Source: Barthelona sp. PCE
Lineage: Eukaryota
Assembly (NCBI GenBank): GCA_040285745.1
Contig: JAUFOR010000002.1
Location: 1,364,001 to 1,428,000 of the forward strand
Direction of reading: 5' to 3'
DNA length: 64,000 bases
Positions 9,917 to 19,454 of this stretch are shown piece by piece; the stretch's first letter is position 1; the number at the start of each line of letters is the position of its first letter. The translations under genes were made by a program, and so were the position numbers. The notes under the pieces were generated by a model, which saw only the letters and a list, made by a program, of their open reading frames with translations, was not told the origin of the DNA and did not search any database.

Positions 9917-11509
9917 ATGATGAACGTTGATTTGGGAGCATGGAATCCCATATTTAGCCTGGAACAGTTTCTTGAAACAGTACTTCCTGATCACAACTGC
10001 ACGTTAGATCAACTTTCCGCTGTATTTTCACATTTTTCAAGCACATCCACAAACCCAAAGTCACATCCAACTGCAATTTTACTGTCTTTGAAGCAAATGC
10101 TACCTGCAATTCCGTTGCAAGCCCCTAGGTTGGTAGATGCCATAATTTCTTCAGATATCAACTATCTGCTGCACCAGGCAACGTCCATGTTTATGGCCGG
10201 AATGAGCAGTAATGAGCCTTTGTACATTATTTCGGTGAGCATGTTTTTACTGAGATTGAGTGACTACTGTTCAATGAATGCAGAAGCATTTCTTCGTAAA
10301 ATATACCCTCAACACATCCTACAGCTGTTAATTGAACTGGTTAATGATATATGTAGCGAGAATGAACCTCAATTACATATAACACTTGATATAGAATTTC
10401 CTGAACTTGAAACCAGTCTTTTTAACTTTAAATCTGTATTATTGGAGGGTGTAACTGTTAAATCTGATTTAATTAATTATTTGCTAATTGAAAGCTATCA
10501 GAAATCATCATTGTTATTATATTTCAAAAGTGGAATAACCAAATTTTCAAATGCTATTGATTGTTTGAATTTTCTCTTTTATTTCTGTGAGGAATACAAA
10601 GAAATAGAATTATCAACTACATTATATGAATTAGTGCATGAATTTAATATCAGTGTTACACTTGATATGATTTCTTCAAACACAGCTTTTGCAACATGTG
10701 TCTCTGCATTGACAATTGCAGCGATGCAGGAGAACGAGTCTCTGACAGACAAATTCCCTCCCAGCGTTAGACGTATTGCAGCATGTCGTGTATACACCAT
10801 TCTTGGTCAGCGTATCTCTCAGGAAAGAATGCCGCTGCTGAGTACGTATTGTAAGTTTCCTGACAGCGTCAGTGTCAGTATTTTCCCATATAACGTTGAT
10901 GATACCTTAACTGACGATGAATATGAGACTGCCAGAAGTAGTTTTTTCAGAAAGGATGAGGCAACAATGGTGTGGATCACAAGCGTACAGTTACGCAAGT
11001 GCCTGAAGCACATCAATTACTGCCAGTTCCCAAGCGAGGGTGATTTCGGTGAACTCGAACGAATATTGACGCAATTGATTTTTGATGTTGCAGCGTTCCG
11101 TAATTTAGATGAAAACCATAGCAGTGTGCAGACAAGTGTAGCGGCATTCGTTGTATCCCATTTGTTTTTGTTCGGTCATGAAACCTACTCTCAATTTGGA
11201 CACCTGTTAAAAAAAATATTGTTTGTGTTAAAGAAACACGTTTCATTCACGGCTATGTTACTGATGGCGTACCATCTGATGGTTGATTATTGTTATAACG
11301 TGAGTTTTTTTACTAATTTCGTGAGAATGTGTTTGTATGAAGATTTATTTAAAGAAGAAGTAGTCAACACATTCTTTGTTGAGTTATTCGAGACCTCTGT
11401 TGGTTCTTGCGAGCACAATTCAAAGGAATTAGCTGCGTTCTGTCTTTGCATCACCACTTTGTCCCATTTTGACATACACATTGATATAGATATTACAACC
11501 ATTCTTTGA
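9917..11509 (+). CDS. Hypothetical alpha-helical protein (530 aa)
   Basis: Long ATG ORF, Leu-rich, no motif recognised. Ends TGA-TAA. Confidence 0.75.
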   Translation: MMNVDLGAWNPIFSLEQFLETVLPDHNCTLDQLSAVFSHFSSTSTNPKSHPTAILLSLKQMLPAIPLQAPRLVDAIISSDINYLLHQATSMFMAGMSSNEPLYIISVSMFLLRLSDYCSMNAEAFLRKIYPQHILQLLIELVNDICSENEPQLHITLDIEFPELETSLFNFKSVLLEGVTVKSDLINYLLIESYQKSSLLLYFKSGITKFSNAIDCLNFLFYFCEEYKEIELSTTLYELVHEFNISVTLDMISSNTAFATCVSALTIAAMQENESLTDKFPPSVRRIAACRVYTILGQRISQERMPLLSTYCKFPDSVSVSIFPYNVDDTLTDDEYETARSSFFRKDEATMVWITSVQLRKCLKHINYCQFPSEGDFGELERILTQLIFDVAAFRNLDENHSSVQTSVAAFVVSHLFLFGHETYSQFGHLLKKILFVLKKHVSFTAMLLMAYHLMVDYCYNVSFFTNFVRMCLYEDLFKEEVVNTFFVELFETSVGSCEHNSKELAAFCLCITTLSHFDIHIDIDITTIL

Positions 11510-11566
11510 TAAATTAATTATTACTGTGTTTACATTATGATGTATGTTTTTATAGGATTGAACTAT

Positions 11567-13240
11567 TTAAATATCCAATTCGCCGTCGGAATCACTGTTG
11601 TACTCAAAATCATCATTTTCTTCGTCTGTGTCAATCATACCATCCTCAAAGCCTTCAGCGTCTTGTTCAATAACACCAAGAAGCTTTGTCATACGCTGGA
11701 TAATAGCAGCAGAAGACGAACGTTGAAAGACTAAATCAGCAACCTGAGATCCGTTATATTCTTCAAATAACACGAGGAAAGGATTATCTTCACCCATTTC
11801 AGCACCAATGGTATTACCACGCTTCAATAAAGCAATCAAAGCATCAGCAGCGAGAATTGTGTTTGTTGCTTCACTGGATCGAAGTCCCTCAATGAGTCCA
11901 GAGAAAACATCAACCTCAACCATGTAATCCTTCTGTTCATCACTGCCTAATGTACAGATATTAGAACACACCCAAAGAGCTTCCTGTCTGATAGCACTGT
12001 TTTCACTGAGCAAGAAGTTAACAATACGACCGATAAAGCCTTGGTCGATAACAGCCTGGATCTGATCATGAGACGCAGCGACCAGGTTGGACAGAACCCA
12101 CAGTGCCTGAATTGAATCAGGGGATTGGGGTTGGTCAAAGATTGTCTTTAACAATTCCAGAACACCCTCATCAATCAATTGGGCCAGGACATCTTTATGA
12201 CCTGATGCGATGTTACCAATGCAACGAAGAATTGCTGTGTTATCGTACTGGTTAGTTTGATAGTGTTCAACGAGAGTGGGGATGATATCCGTTTCCTCGA
12301 GAATGGTGATGATATATGAGACTGTGTCGACATCAGCAATGTATGAAAGAGTCCATGTGGCAAAGTTACGTTGACCAATAGCACCAGTTTTAATAATTTC
12401 TCCAATAACCGAAAGACAAGGTGAGATATCTTCAAAGTATGGTGCGGGCTTTCCACGGGCAAAGTTAGAAAGACACCAGATGCACACCTCAACAGTGCGT
12501 GACTGAACAGCCATTTCACGAGTGTGTTGCAAAAGTCGAACAACAGGGTAAACACCATCTTCATGAAGAATAAGATCTCTGCAACGAGTACAATCTCCAG
12601 CAATGTTTGTGAGTGCCCATACGGCCTGGTGAAGAATTCTACCAGGGTTCGAAAGATCATCGACGATTTCAATGAGTACCTTGTGACCGTTCTGCTCTAC
12701 GACAGCTGCACATTGCTCACTAGTACCTGAACAGATGTTCGTGATGCACCACAAAGCGTCGTGAGCGATATCAGAATCTTCATCCTGACACAAACGAAGA
12801 AGCGTGCCAACAAGCCCGCATTCGATGATATCATCATATGGTCCTCCACCCTCGATAGATACAAGGCGTCTGATGCCACGAAGTCCATCTCTTTGATCCT
12901 CAATATCGTCACTACGAAGAGCATCAATAATCTCATGGATAGAAGAAACCTAAATATTAGAACAATACATTTGTACAACCCAATTGCGCCAATTGTGTGG
13001 TTCAACACTTATAAAAGGATAAAACCTTATAAACAATGAAGAGCCAAAAAATGGTGCTTTCAGTTGCTATCGACATACTGATGTTTCCAAGATCTTTTCA
13101 TTGAACTTATTCATCTGCTCGTCTCTTGTTTTCTTGAGCTGGCGACGCTTTCTATTCTTACGTAAGGAATAATCACGATCCTTACGTTTACGTGTGTGTT
13201 CACTGCGGTTGACACCAAAACGTGGCTTTCCTTCCGTCAT
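11567..13240 (-). CDS. Importin alpha (exons 13079-13240 and 11567-12949; 514 aa)
   Basis: Exon 1 is a basic IBB-like segment (RKRKDRDYSLRKNRKRRQLKKTR). Exon 2 has ARM repeats with WCITNICSG, QAVWALTNIAGD, WCLSNFARGKP, LRCIGNIASG. Confidence 0.93.
12950..13078 (-). other. Spliceosomal intron (129 nt) in importin alpha
   Basis: GTATGT...TTCTAATATTTAG, phase 0, contains an in-frame stop; removal joins the IBB segment to the ARM repeats. Confidence 0.9.
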
Positions 13241-13458
13241 TATGTTATAAGTTTGCTTTGAAAGGGTGTAAAAACTGGTTTACAATGATAAGTGTTGCTG
13301 AAGCCCTTTTTAGCAAATTTGTAACATTGTTGCTTGGTTATTTGACAGATAATTGCCCGATGCGATGAATGAAACAGCTTTAAAAGCGTTGCGCATATGA
13401 TCATGTGTTTACAAGTTTTTCACTAATATCCACAGTTTTTCCTTTTTTATTTCAATAC

Positions 13459-13917
13459 ATGGGTATATTTACGGGCAGAAATTCGAATAAGAAACCTGTA
13501 GAGTACAGTCAACGAACAGAATACCTTCTTCTTACATACTTTAGAGCTTTATTCTTCATTATACCTATTTATAGCGTTATTTTAGCTTTATTTTTCATGG
13601 ATGAGTTCAGAAACAATACAATAATGCTTGCAGCAGTGGAATTGCTACTTCTTTTTCAAATGCGCACTGCTTATTATACTGGAAAACATTATGCAGTATT
13701 ATTCCAGGCCAAACTACTCCGTTTCTTCTGCATGTTTGTCCTTGTTGTCTTGGTAAAGAATCCTAATAGATGGTTGAGAGCATCTTTAGGTATGAATCTT
13801 ATGTTTTTATTACCCTTTGCTCAAGGTATGAAGGGGCTATGCTCTTCAAAAATTGCACACACAGATGCTGCAAAGTCTGTGAACGGGAATCCTAGCATTC
13901 TCGATAAGTTGGATTAG
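13459..13917 (+). CDS. Small multi-pass membrane protein (152 aa)
   Basis: ATG at 13459; about four hydrophobic segments. Confidence 0.65.
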   Translation: MGIFTGRNSNKKPVEYSQRTEYLLLTYFRALFFIIPIYSVILALFFMDEFRNNTIMLAAVELLLLFQMRTAYYTGKHYAVLFQAKLLRFFCMFVLVVLVKNPNRWLRASLGMNLMFLLPFAQGMKGLCSSKIAHTDAAKSVNGNPSILDKLD

Positions 13918-14088
13918 TTAACCTTTGTTTTTAATTTGTTTATAGCATCATATGTGTTCTTGATCGGACATTGGTATCCTGCGGTGAATTGTCCATGATG
14001 GTTATGAGATTTCATTAATTACATAGAAATCTTCTGTTTTCACCATGTGTAAAACAATAAACATAATACATCATCTCATGTTAGCTCG

Positions 14089-14313
14089 GCACGCTTGTGA
14101 ATAACACGCTATTTCGTAGGAGTAAATCTACTGAGGAGTAGACACGCGGTCTTCCCTCTTGTACTCTGTGAGTACTTACATCATTTCTTTCTCCCCTTTT
14201 ATTTTAAAAAAAAGGGCTCTAGAACAATTCTCAGTGCAAGCACAGCACTCGAGGGAGCTCGCAACTCCCGTACAAGTGTCTAACTCCGAAGTAAATTTAC
14301 AACCTCCTACGAA
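14089..14313 (-). repeat. Dispersed structured element, copy 1 (MITE-like or ncRNA-like; 225 bp)
   Basis: Reverse complement of 43036-43262 except for two 1-nt homopolymer indels. Inverted repeats ATTTCGTAGGAG (14111-14122) and CTCCTACGAAAT (14304-14315). Confidence 0.9.
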
Positions 14314-14909
14314 ATGGTTGATTTTCTTCCAGAGTCTCATCCATGTTAACGGGTAATAAAGGAAAGTAATCAGATTCTTTACAGAGATCTAAGTTCGGAT
14401 ATGGTGCCGCATACGGGCTACCTTCTTCAGAGTTTGGAAGTCCATACATCTGAAAAATAGTAGTATTTCAATTACTAAATAATACAATAAAATAAATAGG
14501 AAACCTTAAAATGGTGAGAAATTGAAATACACCCGCATACGTTCTATTCCATTCTCTGTTCAAAATCAATTACAGGATCATCCTGATCAGGACCAATACA
14601 TTTGTCATCAAAATTGGTCTTTATTAGTTTGTTACATACATATACAACAACCAGCGTTCCATTTAACTGATCTTGTTTCACCTGATAGACGTTTGTATTT
14701 CACCATAGTCCCTAAAACTCTCGATTCAAGATAATTTGTGATCAAATACTTTAAATTACCCTGAAAATGAGATGAAAATAAAAAAACTCTAGTATGGTCT
14801 TCTATTCATACAGTTTCATATCAAATCGAACTATATGTGGGAATTTATCCTTATAAAAACACTTAAACCATGTGTAAATAGTATTATCAGTTTTCTTCAC
14901 CAGTTCTTA

Positions 14910-17048
14910 ATGGAGGATTCAAGGATTTTCATTTCGGGGCTACCCAAGTACTTCAAAGAAAGGGATGTCAGGGCTGCATTCGAGGAATTCGGCGAGATCA
15001 CTGATCTCGCCCTTATTCGAACAAAGACTGGTTTAAGTCGGCGTATTGCATTCATCGGGTACAAAGAGTCGTCACATGCACAGGCAGCAATCCAGACACG
15101 TGACGGAACGTTCCTTGACACAAGCAAAATCAATGTTTCTTTCGCTCTTGAAGAGGGTAACAAGGATATCGCCCGTCCGTGGTCAAAATACTCGGAGGGA
15201 TCATCTGCATACAGAGAGACACAGGCTACAGAACAGGAGAAGCCTGTTGAAGCATTACCGGAGGAGGTTATTGCAGAACGTAAGAGGACGGCTGCAGAAC
15301 GTAGAATGCAATGGATGACTCTCATGAACGGCGGAGTCGAGCCCCCGCAACCGGATGATGATGAAGACGTTGAAGGATACGAGAAGAAAAAGCAGAGAAA
15401 CCTTGGTATAATTGACGAGGAGGATGACGAGATGGATAACCAGGTGTTTGTTTTAGACTCCGATTCAGAGTACGAAGCTGACCCAAAGGGTGAGATTTCG
15501 TCTGAGGAATCCGAAATTGAGGAAAATGAGGAACAACAAGAGGTTATCGAATCGAAGGAGCCTGAAAAGAAAACTATCGAAGAACCTATGAAGGAAAGGG
15601 CGCCGTTGATCGAAGAAACAACAAGAGTTCGTGTAGTCAATGTCCCATACTCAATTACAAAGTCGGAAGCCGAGCGCTTTTTTGATAAATACGGTGATGT
15701 GATGAGTGTTATCATACCCATTCATAAGTTAACCCGCAAACCACGTGGTTTTATTTTCGTGGAGTTTAGTGAGGTGCATGAGGCAAAGAGATGTATCGAA
15801 CGCCTTGATGGTCAGTTGTTTCAGGGTCGTCGCGTCCATGTTGAGTTTGCTAAGGCTGCAGCAATGTCTGAGCAGGAGGCCAAGACTCAAGCCATGAAGA
15901 AGTCGTTGGGAGACTCGTCATTCAAGCGGAAGAAGCTGATGAAGATGAAGGAACTCGCCGATAAGCAGTTTAACTGGAATTCTTTCTTTATTCGAATGGA
16001 TTCAGCACTTGAAAACGCTGCAAAAACCCTTAATGTGTCAACCAGCGAGCTCATGCTCAATAACAAAATGTCGATGGCAGTAACTGCCGCCATTGCTGAA
16101 ACTACGGAGATTCAAAACACAAAAACATTCTTGGAAAAGCATAACGTTAACGTCCTTGCATTCGAGCATGCATTCGAAATGCGCCGCCGTGCTAGGCAGA
16201 ACGGTTTGGCTTCCAGCATAAGAAATGATCGTTTCACAGTCATTGTTAGAAACCTCCCTTCAGACGTTGACGAGCGCAGTCTGCGAATGAAGTTCGGAAA
16301 AGGTACACCGATTGCAAAGTTCGTCCTCACACCAAACAAATCAATGCTGTTATTACAGTACAGCGATCGTGCAGATGCACGTAAAATATTCACAAAGAAT
16401 GCATACTCATCATTTAAAGGTCAGCCTATTTACATGGAATACGCACCCCTTGGTATCTGGGAGAAGGTGAAGGTAACTGCACCTATGGCCACCGAAAAGG
16501 CTGAATCAACAACTCTGTTTGTCGGTAACCTATCATGGAAGACTGATGAGAAAACACTCACGCGCCTCTTCAGCGACTACGCTGTGCGCACGATTACTAT
16601 GCCAGCTGGTAAGCCGTTTGCGTTCGTTGAGTTCCCGTCAGTGCAGATGGGTCGTCGCGCTAAGCAAGCGTTTGAGAACATGGTTGTTGACGGTAAACGT
16701 ATATCTATCGATTTTGCAGGTGATGGCAAGTCGAAGGCTGCTGCTCCTGTTGGAGGATCAACCAAAACCAAGCTCATTGTCCGTAACGTTGCTTTCCAGG
16801 CTACCAAGGAAGAGCTCATGTCTCTTTTCTCTTCTTATGGAGAGGTTAAGGCACTTCGTCTTCCCAGAAAGAACGATGGTAGCGGACGTGGTTACTGCTT
16901 TGTTGAATTCCTTACACATGATGAGGCCAATGATGCTCTGGCTAAGCTCAGTCACACTCACTTTTACGGTCGCAGTTTGGTTACAGAATGGGCCGATGAT
17001 CAGTCAGCTCTTGAAGAAGCCCAGAGAAAGGCTTCAAGATACGAATAA
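14910..17048 (+). CDS. MRD1: Multiple-RRM ribosome biogenesis protein Mrd1/RBM19
   Basis: N-terminal RRM followed by ARPWSKYS, SSFKRKK...FNWNSFF, TKLIVRNVAFQAT, C-terminal THFYGRSLVTEWA. Likely ATG at 14910. Confidence 0.93.
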   Translation: MEDSRIFISGLPKYFKERDVRAAFEEFGEITDLALIRTKTGLSRRIAFIGYKESSHAQAAIQTRDGTFLDTSKINVSFALEEGNKDIARPWSKYSEGSSAYRETQATEQEKPVEALPEEVIAERKRTAAERRMQWMTLMNGGVEPPQPDDDEDVEGYEKKKQRNLGIIDEEDDEMDNQVFVLDSDSEYEADPKGEISSEESEIEENEEQQEVIESKEPEKKTIEEPMKERAPLIEETTRVRVVNVPYSITKSEAERFFDKYGDVMSVIIPIHKLTRKPRGFIFVEFSEVHEAKRCIERLDGQLFQGRRVHVEFAKAAAMSEQEAKTQAMKKSLGDSSFKRKKLMKMKELADKQFNWNSFFIRMDSALENAAKTLNVSTSELMLNNKMSMAVTAAIAETTEIQNTKTFLEKHNVNVLAFEHAFEMRRRARQNGLASSIRNDRFTVIVRNLPSDVDERSLRMKFGKGTPIAKFVLTPNKSMLLLQYSDRADARKIFTKNAYSSFKGQPIYMEYAPLGIWEKVKVTAPMATEKAESTTLFVGNLSWKTDEKTLTRLFSDYAVRTITMPAGKPFAFVEFPSVQMGRRAKQAFENMVVDGKRISIDFAGDGKSKAAAPVGGSTKTKLIVRNVAFQATKEELMSLFSSYGEVKALRLPRKNDGSGRGYCFVEFLTHDEANDALAKLSHTHFYGRSLVTEWADDQSALEEAQRKASRYE

Positions 17049-17082
17049 ACACTCCATCTTTGGAAATCAATTATTTTACATT

Positions 17083-19122
17083 TTATGGTCTGATTGCGAT
17101 TGTGTATGTGTCCAGTTGTTTATGGGTACATCCTCTTCCCATTGTTGAAATGCTGCTCTCATCATCAGCCAATATCATTCCATGTCTGAGCTCCATACGC
17201 CCAACTTCCACTGTACTTTTGGCTCCAACAAGAGAAAAATTCTTCGAGTCAAAGTTGGAAACACCAATTGTGATAATTGATTCATCCGTTACAATACCTG
17301 TGTCGCATTTGTTGATGTTAATCTCATCAAAGTGCATACCACTGCTTTTCATACAGCGCATACCACACTTACATTCGGACAGACTGCATTTCTTCACGTC
17401 CACCGTTCCGTACTCACATACAACACCTATACTACAATTATCACAAACAATATCAGACCTAACTGTTCCTTTGTCTACAACTATACCAGTCTCGCATTCA
17501 ATTGCTGTAATCGCTCCATTGATCTCGCCTTTGGCATCAACAGCAACACCAATCTTACACTTATTCATTGTGGCGTTGATAATACTGCTGCTCACAGCAT
17601 TAACACGAATACCAACATCTTCTTCCTCAAACAAGCCATCATTCACACTGACATTTGCACCATGTGACAATAAAAGACCTGTAGTGTTATGTATAAAGCG
17701 ATCTCCGATGCTATCCATTGTGAATAAGGCATCACGTGCCAGGATTCCAGCAACCTTCGAATATGTGTACTTGCATTTGCTTGAAACAAGCTTAGAATTC
17801 TTGCTCGGCAACACAGCCACGCGACACGCTTCAATGATACAGTCGTTCAGCTCCACTTCGCTATCTTCGCTAAGATACACGCCCGTATCAAAATTGGAAA
17901 TCATTGATTGTTTAATAACAGGCACCCTTCCTGAAATGTGAATGCCAGTTGATCCGCTAAACAGGTCAAACTCAAAGCATGATTTGGGACTGGGCTCCCT
18001 CAACACAACAGCCGTCTTGCACTCCACTATACGACATTCTTTTGTAGTAACTGTGGAATCCTCATCAACAACAAGGCCAATATGACAACCGTCAAATGAA
18101 ACATCTTCCAGCACAGCAATGCCAGTATCTGTGATACGGACTCCTGGAGACCCGCCCCTCACAGATGTGTTCTTCATGTTCAATATTCCGTTGGAGTTCA
18201 TTATGTAACAGCCTTGTGCAACATGTTGATGAATCATACAATCATCTACGAACAATTGTGAACCCTCAACGACAGCAAGTGACAAGGAGAAGCAATGCTT
18301 AACAACGCTTTCCTTCAACTTCAAGGTAGAGCCTGTCATAACCATGATACCCACTCTACTGCTCTCGTGAATGATTAAATCTGCCACGTCTACTGCGCTA
18401 TTATTTGCCACGAGGATCGCAACACCGCATGAGTTAATGATTGTGTCAGCGAACTCAACCTTTGCGTCGCGGACATCCTGAAACACAATGGCAGTGTCGT
18501 ATTTGGACATTACTGTCTGGATGAGGAATAGTGTACTTTCACTGTCTTTGACAACTATACCGCAACCAGGACCGCCAACGAACTGACAGTACTCGATTTC
18601 GACACTAGAACTAAGGATACTGATGCATTCAATACCACCTTTCATAGCGCAATTCTTATATAGAACCTTTGAGTTATTATGAACGAGACCCTGTGGTGTT
18701 TGACCGAACGAAAAGTCACAGTTTTCGAAAAGCACATCCTCAGCCTGTTCAAAAATAATGGATCCGAATCCAAAAGTGCAGTTTCGAAAAATAATGTTAC
18801 TTCCAAAAATCATTAATGATGCTTCAATCACAGATCTGTCTGTGAAGGTGAACATTATGTTTTCGAATATGATATCATTGCACATTATCGAAAAATGAAA
18901 ATCTGACGAAGATACAAATAGTGGGATTTCATGCTCTGGGTTTTCCTCTTCCATGCTCTCGGCATCGATGCCCACAATGTGACATGGCTTTGTCAGTTCT
19001 ATCGATGATACTTTATATTTACCAGGTGTAAAGAAAAAAATAGAGTTCGGCTCGCTTTCCTCGAAGAGCGTCTGTATGTCCTCTGAGGTCTTAAAAGACT
19101 CCCGGTCCACAATGTACTCCAT
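17083..19122 (-). CDS. Right-handed parallel beta-helix (PbH1/pectin-lyase fold) protein, no signal peptide
   Basis: Cap IQTLFEESEPNSIFFFTPGKY followed by many ~22-aa I/V-x-N/D-C-x-F...G-I/V repeats. Confidence 0.8.
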   Translation of the reverse strand: MEYIVDRESFKTSEDIQTLFEESEPNSIFFFTPGKYKVSSIELTKPCHIVGIDAESMEEENPEHEIPLFVSSSDFHFSIMCNDIIFENIMFTFTDRSVIEASLMIFGSNIIFRNCTFGFGSIIFEQAEDVLFENCDFSFGQTPQGLVHNNSKVLYKNCAMKGGIECISILSSSVEIEYCQFVGGPGCGIVVKDSESTLFLIQTVMSKYDTAIVFQDVRDAKVEFADTIINSCGVAILVANNSAVDVADLIIHESSRVGIMVMTGSTLKLKESVVKHCFSLSLAVVEGSQLFVDDCMIHQHVAQGCYIMNSNGILNMKNTSVRGGSPGVRITDTGIAVLEDVSFDGCHIGLVVDEDSTVTTKECRIVECKTAVVLREPSPKSCFEFDLFSGSTGIHISGRVPVIKQSMISNFDTGVYLSEDSEVELNDCIIEACRVAVLPSKNSKLVSSKCKYTYSKVAGILARDALFTMDSIGDRFIHNTTGLLLSHGANVSVNDGLFEEEDVGIRVNAVSSSIINATMNKCKIGVAVDAKGEINGAITAIECETGIVVDKGTVRSDIVCDNCSIGVVCEYGTVDVKKCSLSECKCGMRCMKSSGMHFDEININKCDTGIVTDESIITIGVSNFDSKNFSLVGAKSTVEVGRMELRHGMILADDESSISTMGRGCTHKQLDTYTIAIRP

Positions 19123-19454
19123 TTATGATGCAAAAAATGCTTTTGAAGGAGAGAAAAAGTATAACACAAGTTTGAGACTCCTTAATAACATTTATTTATC
19201 AGTAAAATAATTCTTTTAAACTATTAAATGTAATGACTGATGTAAATAACGCATACATGTTTAGTATTTAGACCTGCATTTTTTAAGATGCAAAAATTTT
19301 ATGCAACAGCTCTTTTGATGAGAGAATTGATGGTAACCACAGACATAAGTCTCCTTTTTTTATGTATTAATTTCAATTACAGCATAGAATTGTCGTTTTT
19401 CCTTTTTATTCTCTTTTCGTTTATATTTTTGAAAAATAGGCTTGTTTGGGGACT

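Noticed and set aside
14131-14300. Hammerhead ribozyme in the element (CTGAGGAG ... GAA)
   Set aside because: No GAAA directly after stem II and no stem III/NUH arrangement.
14450-14504. Third intron (minus strand GTTTCC...TTTCAG)
   Set aside because: Donor and branch motif do not match the two clear introns, and the joined frame still contains stops.
14570-14596. TPP-riboswitch-like fragment (minus-strand CCTGATCAGGATGAT); also GTGC...CTGAGA inside the element
   Set aside because: Each has only half of the aptamer and they are not arranged to form one.
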